Shown: in pieces, positions 55,564 to 64,000 of the stretch
How positions within the stretch are numbered: the stretch's first letter is position 1
Layout of the letters: every line of letters begins with the position of its first letter
Assembly: GCA_003222675.1 (NCBI GenBank)
Contig: QHWT01000044.1
Coordinates: 53,548 to 117,547, forward strand
DNA: 64,000 nucleotides
Reading direction: 5' to 3'
DNA from: Acidobacteriota bacterium
GTDB lineage: Bacteria > Acidobacteriota > Vicinamibacteria > Vicinamibacterales > 2-12-FULL-66-21
The notes under the pieces: model-generated
Told to the model about the DNA's origin: nothing
The model's input: the letters and a program-made list of their open reading frames with translations, nothing else
Database searches by the model: none
Program-made: the position numbers and the translations under genes

Positions 55564-57972
55564 ATGCGCCGCGACATCCAGGTTGGCCTGCGGAGCCTCG
55601 CGGCGAGCCCCGCGTTTGCGCTCGTCTCGATCCTGTCCCTGGCGCTCGGCATCATGGCGACGACGGCCATCTACAGCGTCCTGCACGCCGTCGTGATCGA
55701 TCCGTTTCCTTATAAGGATGTCGACCGCCTGATGAGCGTGCGCGTCTCGAGCACGAGGCCGGGCGGCGGACGCCTGGGCTACTCCGTCGATCAGTTTCTC
55801 GAGATTGCCGAGCGGAACACCATCTTCGAGGGGGTCGTCGCGTCCACGATCAGCGACGTGGTCTGGACCGGTGAGGGCGACCCGCAACGGCTTCGCGGGA
55901 ATCATGGCACGTTCAACACGTTCGCCGTGATGGGCGTTCGTCCCCTGATCGGGCGGACGCCGGCGGCAGAAGACGCGCGGCCCGGCGCGCCACCGGTGGT
56001 GGTGCTCGGCTACCGTTTCTGGCAGCGCCAGTTCGGCGGCGATCCGACGGTGCTCGGCCGCCAGTTGCGCCTCAACGACACGAGTCGCACCGTCATCGGC
56101 GTGATGCCCAAGCGGTTCATGTGGCGCGGCGCCGATGTGTATCTGCCGCTGGCGTTCCAACGCGGCCAAACGCTCGAAGGCGTGCGGAACGTTCACCTGC
56201 TCGGCCGGTTGAAGCCCGGCGTCACGGAAGCGCAGGCAGCGGCGGATCTCACGCCGATCGTCAAGGATCTGAAGGCGCGCGAGCCCGACCAGTTTCCCGA
56301 CGAGTGGCGCGTGGGGCTCCTGTCGTTCAAGGAGACGTTCCGGAGCGGCATCCGCGGCGATCTCTGGGTGCTGTTCGGCGCCGTGGCCCTGCTGCTCTTC
56401 ATCGCGTGCGCAAACGTCTCGAACCTCCTGCTGTCGCGAGCCAGCGCACGCCAGCGGGAGATGACCGTCCGCGCCGCGCTCGGTGCGAGCCGCTGGCGTC
56501 TCGTGCGGCAGTTGCTCACGGAGAGCCTGATGCTCGCGCTCGCGGGAGGGCTTGTCGGCACCGCGCTCGCGCATGCGGGCCTCCCGGCGATTCTCTCGAT
56601 CGTCCCGCCGGGCACAATTCCCGACGAATCGGAAATCTCGCTGAATCGATCCGTGCTGATCTTCACCCTCATGGTGTCGGCGCTGACGAGCATCCTCTGC
56701 GGTCTTGCACCGGCGCTGCACAGCAGCGGACGCGATCTGGCGGGCGCGATGCGGGAAGCGAGCCGCGGCCTGGCGGGAAGTACGAAGCAGGCATGGCTGC
56801 GCAAGATTCTCGTGGTCGGCGAAGTGGCGCTGTCGCTGATGCTGCTCGCCGGTTCGAGTCTGCTGGTGCGCACGTATATGGCGATCCAGGACGCCGACCT
56901 CGGCTTCCGCGCGGACCGCGTGTTGACGCTGCGCGTGCCGCTGGCGGCGCGGAATTACCCGGACGCCGCGCGCCGCGTGGCGTTTTTCCAGGACGTGCTC
57001 GGACGCGTATCTCGTCTGCCCGGAGTCACGGCCGTCGGGTTGAACAGCGGCCTGCATCCGTTCGGCAACATGCGGACGCGCGCGGACGTCACGGGCGCGC
57101 CTCCGAGTGATGAACCGGTCGAGGTGCACCACGTGAACGCCGGTTACACGGCGGCGCTCGGAATCCGACTCGCGTCGGGCCGCACCTTCACGGATGCTGA
57201 CGTCAACGCCGCGGCGCCCGTCGCGCTCGTCAACGATCGATTCGTGCGGACGCGCCTCGAAGGACGTCAGCCGCTCGGACAGTTCGTCCGCCTCCCGCGG
57301 CTGAAGCAGCCGCCGTTCGGGATGAAGGAGGATGCGTTTCAGATCGTCGGCGTCGTGCACGACGTTCTGAACCGCGGTGTCGCCGACCCGGCGATGCCTG
57401 AGATCTACGTGCCCTTCACCGCAGTCGGTATTGCGAACCTGCTGGTGGTCCGCACCGAGAACGATCCGTCAACCGTCACCCGCGCCGTCATCAGCCAGAT
57501 CTACGGCGTCGACCCGGGCCAGCCCGTGACGGAGGTGAAGCCGCTGGACGTGATTCTGCGCGAAGAAGAGTTCGCGACGCCGCGATTCAACCTGACGCTG
57601 CTGTCGGTGTTCGCCGGAATCGGCCTGGCGCTCGCGATCGTGGGTGTCTATGGTGTGATGTCGACGGTGGTGGCGCAGCAGCGGCACGAGATCGGCGTCC
57701 GCATGGCGCTCGGCGCGAGCGCCGGCACCATCGCACGCATGATCATCGGGCGTGGCTCGCGATTGCTGGTTGTCGGCATCGTGCTGGGCCTGGCCGGCAG
57801 CATCCTGGCCGCGCGTTCGCTCGCGCAACAGGTGTGGAAGGTGTCCCCCTTCGATCCCGTCGCGTTCGGTCTGGTGTCGCTGATCCTTCTCGCCGCCGGC
57901 CTGCAGGCGTGCGTGTGGCCCGCGCGCCGCGCCGCGCGGATCGATCCGCTCGTCGCGCTGCGGCAGGACTGA
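55564..57972 (+). CDS. ADOP family duplicated orphan ABC permease
   Basis: 'SLALGI', 'IACANVSNLLLSRASARQREMTVRAALGA', 'EIGVRMALGA', 'RRAARIDPLVALR'. Confidence 0.92.
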   Translation: MRRDIQVGLRSLAASPAFALVSILSLALGIMATTAIYSVLHAVVIDPFPYKDVDRLMSVRVSSTRPGGGRLGYSVDQFLEIAERNTIFEGVVASTISDVVWTGEGDPQRLRGNHGTFNTFAVMGVRPLIGRTPAAEDARPGAPPVVVLGYRFWQRQFGGDPTVLGRQLRLNDTSRTVIGVMPKRFMWRGADVYLPLAFQRGQTLEGVRNVHLLGRLKPGVTEAQAAADLTPIVKDLKAREPDQFPDEWRVGLLSFKETFRSGIRGDLWVLFGAVALLLFIACANVSNLLLSRASARQREMTVRAALGASRWRLVRQLLTESLMLALAGGLVGTALAHAGLPAILSIVPPGTIPDESEISLNRSVLIFTLMVSALTSILCGLAPALHSSGRDLAGAMREASRGLAGSTKQAWLRKILVVGEVALSLMLLAGSSLLVRTYMAIQDADLGFRADRVLTLRVPLAARNYPDAARRVAFFQDVLGRVSRLPGVTAVGLNSGLHPFGNMRTRADVTGAPPSDEPVEVHHVNAGYTAALGIRLASGRTFTDADVNAAAPVALVNDRFVRTRLEGRQPLGQFVRLPRLKQPPFGMKEDAFQIVGVVHDVLNRGVADPAMPEIYVPFTAVGIANLLVVRTENDPSTVTRAVISQIYGVDPGQPVTEVKPLDVILREEEFATPRFNLTLLSVFAGIGLALAIVGVYGVMSTVVAQQRHEIGVRMALGASAGTIARMIIGRGSRLLVVGIVLGLAGSILAARSLAQQVWKVSPFDPVAFGLVSLILLAAGLQACVWPARRAARIDPLVALRQD

Positions 57973-57978
57973 CCGGCT

Positions 57979-58536
57979 TCAGGACGACTCCGCACCTGCG
58001 TGCAGCCGGCGCAGCCCCTGCGTGCGGTAGTTCTGCTCCAGGAACTCGACGCCATCGGCGGTGATGAGCAGGCGCGAGTTGTCATCGCGCGTGACGAACT
58101 TCTTCTGCTGCAGATACCACATCGTGAATTGCAGCTGCTCGCGCGCGCGGCCCAGGAGTGATTCCAGATCCCCGGAGAAGATTGCGGGCTCGCCGGGTTC
58201 GAGCCGGCGTTTGGTGTAGAGCGCCTCGAGCATCATCAGCCGAATCGATTGTTCCAGCTCGAAGTCGTTCTCCGACTGCGCGCCTGCGGCAACAAGCCGC
58301 CAGCGTTCCTTTCGATGCTGCTGGTAGCTGATGTCGTACCGCGCGCGCTGCTCGGCATCACTGATGACGGTGTAGGCCTGGTGGATCTCGCGAAACCGTG
58401 CCTCGTTCCCCGTCTCCGCGTTATCAGGATGAAATCGCTGCGCGAGAAATCTATAGACCCGATGAATCGTCTCCGGGTCTGCACTCTGGCTGACCTGAAG
58501 GATTTCGTAGTAGTCGACGTTGTTGGTGTCCGCCAT
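57979..58536 (-). CDS. J-domain (DnaJ-like) protein with putative C-terminal winged helix
   Basis: 'DYYEILQV', 'RFHPDN', 'AYTVISDAEQRARYD'; C-terminal 'LLITADGVEFLE'. Confidence 0.85.
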   Translation of the reverse strand: MADTNNVDYYEILQVSQSADPETIHRVYRFLAQRFHPDNAETGNEARFREIHQAYTVISDAEQRARYDISYQQHRKERWRLVAAGAQSENDFELEQSIRLMMLEALYTKRRLEPGEPAIFSGDLESLLGRAREQLQFTMWYLQQKKFVTRDDNSRLLITADGVEFLEQNYRTQGLRRLHAGAESS

Positions 58537-58654
58537 TTGGATGTGTCGGTAGATTATCGGCGGGACTGGCGCCGAAGGCAACCGGATCGTGCCGCGGTCG
58601 CTCATGAAGGTCCGTTAGGTTGTAAGCTCTCCCCGGGGAGGATGCGTGAACCAC

Positions 58655-59653
58655 ATGGATCGACGTGACGTCCTCAGGCTGGGTGGTCTCACGTCACTGA
58701 CGCCGCTCTCGTCTTTCGCTGTCGAAACCCTGCGCACACTCTCGCGGCAGCGCGCGACGGATCGGCGCGCGGAGCTCTATGGCCTGCTTGGAGCGCTGCC
58801 GGATCGCAAGCGGGCGATCAGCGGCAGGAAGCACGCCGAAGAAGAGCGTAACGGCTACGTGCTCGAGTCCTGGGATCTCGATCTCAATGGGATCGAGACG
58901 GTGCCTGCGTACCTCGCGCGGCCTCGATCGATGTCCGGGCGTGCCCCCGCGGTGCTGTTCAACCACTCGCACGGCGGCGGGTACACGATAGGCAAGAAGG
59001 AGTTCGTCGAGGGACGCAGCTATCTGCAGCCCGTGCCTTACGCGAAGGTGCTCACGGACCTGGGCTACGTGGCGCTCTGCATCGATGCCTGGATCTTCGG
59101 CGCGCGCAGCCACACCTCCGAGTCGGACATGTTCAAAGCGATGCTGTGGCGCGGCCAGGTGCTGTGGGGCATGATGGTGTACGACAGCCTGCGCGCGCTC
59201 GATTTCCTGATCGAGCGGCCGAATGTCGACGCGCGCCGCATCGGCACATTGGGGATGTCGATGGGCAGCACGATGGCATGGTGGCTCGCGGCGCTCGACT
59301 CGCGCATCAAGGTCACCGTCGACATCAACTGTCTCACCGATTTCCACACGCTCCTCGCGAAGAAGGCGCTGTCACTTCACGGCCTGTACTACTTCGTGCC
59401 GGGGCTCCTCAACCGCTTCACCACAGCCCAGATCAATGCGCTCATCGCGCCACGCGCGCACCTTGGCCTGGCGGGACTCCAGGACAAGCTGACGCCGGTC
59501 GAAGGGCTCGACATCATCGATCGCGAGCTGCAGCAGGTGTACGCGCAGGCGGGACATCCGGAACGGTGGAAGCTGCTGCGCTATGACGTCGCGCACGTGG
59601 AAACGCCCGAGGGCCGCCAGGAGATCATCGCGTTCCTGAAGCGTTTCATGTGA
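58655..59653 (+). CDS. Alpha/beta hydrolase (dienelactone hydrolase/YtaP-like) with twin-arginine-like N-terminus
   Basis: 'MDRRDVLRLGG', nucleophile elbow 'GMSMG', 'QDKLTP', 'AHVET'. Confidence 0.82.
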   Translation: MDRRDVLRLGGLTSLTPLSSFAVETLRTLSRQRATDRRAELYGLLGALPDRKRAISGRKHAEEERNGYVLESWDLDLNGIETVPAYLARPRSMSGRAPAVLFNHSHGGGYTIGKKEFVEGRSYLQPVPYAKVLTDLGYVALCIDAWIFGARSHTSESDMFKAMLWRGQVLWGMMVYDSLRALDFLIERPNVDARRIGTLGMSMGSTMAWWLAALDSRIKVTVDINCLTDFHTLLAKKALSLHGLYYFVPGLLNRFTTAQINALIAPRAHLGLAGLQDKLTPVEGLDIIDRELQQVYAQAGHPERWKLLRYDVAHVETPEGRQEIIAFLKRFM

Positions 59654-61053
59654 CGCGCGTTCCTGCCTGGCGCTGGCTCGCGCCCGCCAGCGTCGCCGTC
59701 GTGATCTGGTTCTGCCCACATGCGGGTTTCAGTCCGCGAGCCTGGGGCTTGTTGTGTCTCTATGCCGCCGTGGTGTGCGGGCTGATCACACGCCCGATGC
59801 CGTCAGGCGCCCTCATGGTGATCGCGTCGACAGCCGGGACCCTGCTGGGCCTGTTCAGCCTGCAAGATGCGTTGTCTGGATATGCGAACGTGACGGTCTG
59901 GTTGATCGTCGCCGCTTTTCTGTTCTCGCGCGCGTTCGTGAAGACACGCCTCGGCGAGCGCATCGCGTACAACATTGTGAACCGCATCGGCAGCAGTCCC
60001 CTCAGGCTCGGCTACTCCATCGTCCTGGCGGATCTCGTCGTGGCGCCGATGACGCCGTCGAATACGGCGCGCGCCGGCGGCATCCTGTTTCCGATCACGT
60101 TGAATGTGGCGCGCGCGTTCGGATCGGAGCCGGGCCCGACGGCGACGCGCATGGGAGCGTTCCTGATGAAGACGCTCTACCAGGGAGACCTCGTCGTGTC
60201 GGCAATGTTCCTCACGGCCACGGCCCCGAATCCGCTCGTGGCCGAGTTCGCGCGACAGGGCGCGGGCATAGGGATCTCGTGGATGACGTGGGCCGTCGCC
60301 GCATCGGTTCCCGGCGCCGTCGCACTGGTGATCGTGCCTTACGCGGTCTATCGCCTCTGCCCGCCGGATCTGCTGGAGACGGAGACCGCTCGATTGCTCG
60401 CGGCCGAACGGCTGGTGGAAATGGGACCGCTCACTCGTCGCGAACGCGCGCTGCTCGCCGTGTTCCTGGTCGTGCTGGTGTTGTGGTTGTCCGGCGAGTG
60501 GCACGGCATCTCGGCGACAACCGTCGCCTACATAGGATTGAGTCTCCTGCTCCTCACGCGCGTGCTCGACTGGCAGGATCTGCTCGACGAGCAAGGCGCG
60601 TGGGATGCGTTGATCTGGTTTGGCGGTCTCGTGATGCTTGCGGGACAGTTCGAGAAGGCGGGATTTGCGAAAGCGTTTGCGCAGGCCGCGGCCGGACTCG
60701 TTGTCGGATGGCCGTGGTGGTGGGCGCTCGCCGCGCTCGTGCTGGTGTACCTGTATGCACATTACGCGTTCGCCAGCCTGGTCGCGCACGTGACCGCGAT
60801 GTTTCCGGCATTCTTCGCGGTCGCGATTGGTCTGGGCGCGCCGCCGCTGGTCGCGGCGCTCGCGTTCGGCGTTTTCTCCAGCCTGAATGCGGCGACGACG
60901 CATTACGGGACCGGACCGGCGCCGATCGTGTTCGGCGCCGGCTATCTCAGTCAGGCGCGATGGTGGCGCATCGGTTTCATTCTCTCGCTCGTGCACCTCG
61001 CGATCTGGCTGCCGCTGGGATTTCTCTGGTGGAAACTGATCCGGTTATGGTGA
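59650..61053 (+). CDS. DASS family dicarboxylate transporter (CitT/TtdT-like)
   Basis: 'KTRLGERIA', 'TPSNTARAGG', 'SAMFLTA.APN', 'THYGTGPAP'. Confidence 0.9.
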   Translation: MTRVPAWRWLAPASVAVVIWFCPHAGFSPRAWGLLCLYAAVVCGLITRPMPSGALMVIASTAGTLLGLFSLQDALSGYANVTVWLIVAAFLFSRAFVKTRLGERIAYNIVNRIGSSPLRLGYSIVLADLVVAPMTPSNTARAGGILFPITLNVARAFGSEPGPTATRMGAFLMKTLYQGDLVVSAMFLTATAPNPLVAEFARQGAGIGISWMTWAVAASVPGAVALVIVPYAVYRLCPPDLLETETARLLAAERLVEMGPLTRRERALLAVFLVVLVLWLSGEWHGISATTVAYIGLSLLLLTRVLDWQDLLDEQGAWDALIWFGGLVMLAGQFEKAGFAKAFAQAAAGLVVGWPWWWALAALVLVYLYAHYAFASLVAHVTAMFPAFFAVAIGLGAPPLVAALAFGVFSSLNAATTHYGTGPAPIVFGAGYLSQARWWRIGFILSLVHLAIWLPLGFLWWKLIRLW

Positions 61054-61056
61054 AAC

Positions 61057-61105
61057 ACCGGTAACCGGTAACCGGCAACCGGCAACCGGCAACTGACAAC
61101 TGGCA
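61057..61105. repeat. Heptamer tandem repeat (ACYGGYA) x7
   Basis: accggta accggta accggca accggca accggca actgaca actggca. Confidence 0.85.
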
Positions 61106-61111
61106 ACACTG

Positions 61112-62185
61112 ATGAAGACGTATCGCATCGCCGTCATTCCTGGTGACGGCATTGGAAACGAGGTGACGCCGGCGGCGATTCGCGTCCTCGACGCCGCGGC
61201 CTCGCGTTTCGAGGCGCGGTTCGCGTGGGAGTCGTTTCCGTGGGGCTCAGCCTACTACTTCGAGCACGGTCGCATGATGCCGCCGGATGCGCTCGATCGC
61301 CTGCGTCCCTTCGACGCCATTTTCTTCGGCGCGGTCGGCGATCCGCGGGTTGAGGACAATGTCACGCTGAACGGGCTTCTCCTGCCCATCCGCCGCGGAT
61401 TCGATCAGTACGCCTGCGTGCGGCCCGCGGTTCTCTATCCTGGCGTACGCGCGCCGCTCGCCGGACGAAAGCCGGGCGACATCGATTTCGTTGTCGTGCG
61501 CGAGAACACCGAAGGAGAGTACGCGCAGATCGGCGGCGCCCTGCATTCCGGGGGCCTGCACGAAGTCGCCGTGCAATCGGCGATCTTCACGCGTCACGGG
61601 ACCGAACGGGTCATCCGCTTTGCGTTCGATCTCGTGCGGCAGCGCAATCGGAAACGTCTACTGACGTCGGTGACGAAGTCGAACGCCCAGGGCTTCAGCA
61701 TGGGCTTCTGGGACCGGGTCTTCAGCGAGGTCTCGCGCGAGTATCCCGAGATCCGGACCGAGTCGCTGCTCGTCGACGCGGCGTGCATGGATCTCGTCAG
61801 GCGGCCGCAGGACTTCGACGTCATCGTTGCGTCGAACCTTTTTGGCGACATCCTCACCGATCTGAGCGCAGCCATCACCGGAAGCCTGGGCCTCGCGCCG
61901 AGCGGGAACCTCAATCCTGCCCGCACGTCCCCATCGATGTTCGAGCCGGTCCACGGCTCGGCCCCCGACATCGCGGGCCGCGGAATTGCGAACCCGATGG
62001 CCGCGATGCTCGCCGGCGCCATGATGCTGGACTTCCTCGGCGAGGGCGCGGCGGCGAAGCTGATGGAGAGCGCCGTGCTGCGCGTGCTCGCCGATCAGCG
62101 CGACCTCACCCCCGATCTCGGCGGAACCGGAACGACCGAGAGCGTCAGCGCCGCAGTGCTCGCTGTCATCTCGAGCGGGCGGTGA
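61112..62185 (+). CDS. Tartrate/D-malate dehydrogenase (decarboxylating), ICDH/IPMDH family
   Basis: 'IPGDGIG.EV', 'IRRGFDQY', 'RENTEGEY', 'TKSN', 'NLFGDILTD', 'FEPVHGSAPDIAG'. Confidence 0.85.
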   Translation: MKTYRIAVIPGDGIGNEVTPAAIRVLDAAASRFEARFAWESFPWGSAYYFEHGRMMPPDALDRLRPFDAIFFGAVGDPRVEDNVTLNGLLLPIRRGFDQYACVRPAVLYPGVRAPLAGRKPGDIDFVVVRENTEGEYAQIGGALHSGGLHEVAVQSAIFTRHGTERVIRFAFDLVRQRNRKRLLTSVTKSNAQGFSMGFWDRVFSEVSREYPEIRTESLLVDAACMDLVRRPQDFDVIVASNLFGDILTDLSAAITGSLGLAPSGNLNPARTSPSMFEPVHGSAPDIAGRGIANPMAAMLAGAMMLDFLGEGAAAKLMESAVLRVLADQRDLTPDLGGTGTTESVSAAVLAVISSGR

Positions 62186-62580
62186 GCGTCATCGCCCAGA
62201 CGATCACCACGAGTGCTGCACGTAACACCCGGAGTCTCGACGCGCGCGCGCGCGACACACGACAGCCACGTGTCCACGTACGAGCTTACGCGGAGGCGCC
62301 AAGGCGCAAAGGAATGCGCGAACAGGCCGCGCGGACAATTGAAGAGGCGGCCGCTCACGCCACGTTTTGCGGTAGCCGGCCTTTTCAGCCGCGCGAAGCG
62401 CGGCACCGCAAAACGTGGCGCACCGGCGGCCTTTTCCGCGGCCTCTGCCCCTCGAGACAAGGGTCAGCTCTACGTGAGATCGTCCGCGCGGCGCGCTCGC
62501 CCACGCCGCCTGATACAGAAGTATTACAGTCGCCGCATCTGCCCGCTGCTATCGTCGCCTCGAAGAGCGAGGAGCGGACG

Positions 62581-63453
62581 ATGGATTCGGCGACGCTGAA
62601 GTACGGACGGAAGTATCAGAGAGGCCTGAACGGCATCACCACGATCGCGATGACCGGCTTCCACGCCGGCGCCCTCGCTGCATTCTTCTTCATCGACGGC
62701 GGCGCGATCCTCTCCGCACTCATTCTGTATTGTGTGGCCGGCATGCTGGGCATCGGGATGGGCTATCACCGCCTGCTGACCCACAGGGGCTACAAGACGT
62801 ACAAGTGCGTCGAATACTTCCTGACGTGGTGCGGCACGCTGGCGCTCGAAGGGGGCGCAATTTTCTGGGTCGCGACGCATCGCATTCACCATCAGCACTC
62901 GGATCAAGAGGGCGACCCGCATACGCCGCGCGAAGGCACGTGGTGGGCGCACGCGGGCTGGATCATGAGCGGCGAAGGGCTGCATCACGACCGATCAGTG
63001 CTCGCGCGCTACGCGCCCGATCTCGTTCGCGATCCTGTACAGGTGTGGCTGGCGCAATGGCACTGGACGTCGAACGTGTTCGTCGGCCTCGCGCTGCTGG
63101 CCTATGGCGGCGTCCCCTACGTGCTCTGGGGAATCTTCCTGCGTACGACCGTCGGCCTGCACGCGACGTGGCTGGTGAACTCGGCGACACACAAGTGGGG
63201 AACGCGCCGGTTCGAGACGCGCGATGATTCCACGAACAACTGGTGGGTCGCGCTGCTGACGTTCGGCGAAGGCTGGCACAACAACCACCACGCGCAGCCG
63301 ACGAGCGCCCGCCATGGTTTCGCGTGGTACGAAGTGGATTTCAACTGGATGGGCATCCGCGCGCTGCAGTTCCTCGGGCTCGCATGGGACATCAAGCGTC
63401 CGCGCCTCACGCACGCCCTCCACGCGCACCGCGAACATCACGACGCCGCGTAG
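62581..63453 (+). CDS. Delta-9-type membrane fatty acid desaturase
   Basis: His boxes 'YHRLLTH', 'HRIHH', 'GEGWHNNHH'; GAGGAG RBS before ATG 62581. Confidence 0.92.
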   Translation: MDSATLKYGRKYQRGLNGITTIAMTGFHAGALAAFFFIDGGAILSALILYCVAGMLGIGMGYHRLLTHRGYKTYKCVEYFLTWCGTLALEGGAIFWVATHRIHHQHSDQEGDPHTPREGTWWAHAGWIMSGEGLHHDRSVLARYAPDLVRDPVQVWLAQWHWTSNVFVGLALLAYGGVPYVLWGIFLRTTVGLHATWLVNSATHKWGTRRFETRDDSTNNWWVALLTFGEGWHNNHHAQPTSARHGFAWYEVDFNWMGIRALQFLGLAWDIKRPRLTHALHAHREHHDAA

Positions 63454-63627
63454 AAGTCTCGTCCGACGGGCCTTCCGCCTTCGCGCGGGGCGCTTTTGTG
63501 CGACTCGTCGCACCCTTGCCGGAGCCGGTCAGGGCTGCCATCACGGATGTTGCGTCCGGGACGACGGAATTGGTGGGTCGTCGCAACACACGAGTGCCGA
63601 ACTGCTGATAATTGGCGCCTTTTTGCC

Positions 63628-63643
63628 GGGCACTGCCCTTGCT
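63628..63643 (+). promoter_or_regulatory. Putative sigma-54 promoter
   Basis: GGGCAC-TGCCC-TTGCT with GG-N10-GC spacing, ~35 nt before ATG 63679. Confidence 0.5.
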
Positions 63644-63678
63644 CTGGCAGATTCGAGGGTCTCCAGGAGGAGGACACG

Positions 63679-64000
63679 ATGCCCTTGAAGAAGTCCGTAC
63701 GCTCGAAGACGTCGGCTGGCGCGAAGAAGTCGCCGCGTGCGAAAGGCAAGAGCGGCACGCTTGGCGCGGGCGTGGTTCTGCTGGCACTCCTCGCCGTCGC
63801 AGCCGCCGCGATTCTGGTGGCCGCGCACGAGTCTTCGGACAGGCCGGAGATCACCACGGCAGACGCACAGCTGCAGATGACTGCCGACAGAACGGGCGCG
63901 AAGAAGGCCGCGGCCTCGATGTCGTCCGCGGCGGTCCCCAAGGCGACGCCGACCACCGGCATCGTAACAGCCGACGATCCTGAGATGGAGTCGGCGGCTC
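63679..64000 (+). CDS. Membrane-anchored hypothetical protein, runs off the window
   Basis: AGGAGGAGG RBS, ATG, Lys-rich N-terminus then TM 'VVLLALLAVAAAAILVAA'; open to the window end. Confidence 0.65.
   Translation, partial: MPLKKSVRSKTSAGAKKSPRAKGKSGTLGAGVVLLALLAVAAAAILVAAHESSDRPEITTADAQLQMTADRTGAKKAAASMSSAAVPKATPTTGIVTADDPEMESAA

Noticed and set aside
55060..57360. 766-aa minus-strand ORF
   Set aside because: Antisense shadow of the ADOP and VWFA genes, typical of high-GC DNA; Arg/His-rich with no motifs.
61783..62580. Long N-terminal extension of the desaturase ORF (likewise extensions of ORFs 3147..5081, 9700..10983, 18530..19486, 41169..43058 and 50455..52551)
   Set aside because: The extensions overlap neighbouring genes and lack family similarity; downstream starts fit better.

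Overview
High-GC bacterial DNA, very likely Acidobacteriota (Vicinamibacteria-like). The evidence is two ADOP duplicated orphan permeases, an acidobacterial-type PadR, VWFA-related proteins, an Oar-like TonB receptor and many PQQ-like beta-propellers. About 46 protein genes or fragments are supported; I saw no rRNA, tRNA, CRISPR array or transposase. The main observation is a ~27-31 kb candidate small-molecule or cofactor locus (about 1.9-33.4 kb) with no PKS, NRPS or phenazine core. It contains an EhpF/GriC-like adenylating protein, a GriD/EhpG-like ALDH-fold reductase, an Fe-alcohol dehydrogenase, a GT4 glycosyltransferase, a LolD/FtsX ABC exporter, a flavin halogenase-like enzyme, a hotdog thioesterase, a HemN-like radical SAM enzyme, several transporters and six secreted PQQ-like beta-propellers. 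The rest of the window holds a MoxR-DUF58-vWA operon, a PIN toxin-antitoxin pair, a CPBP protease plus ICMT-like pair, PadR-ADOP, a VWFA-ADOP operon, a J-domain protein, a hydrolase-DASS-tartrate dehydrogenase operon and a fatty acid desaturase. Intergenic DNA is dense in REP-like palindromes and 7- and 9-mer repeats, some translated in frame inside proteins. Several frameshifts and apparent micro-deletions may be assembly errors. All family calls come from motif recognition by eye, not from database searches.
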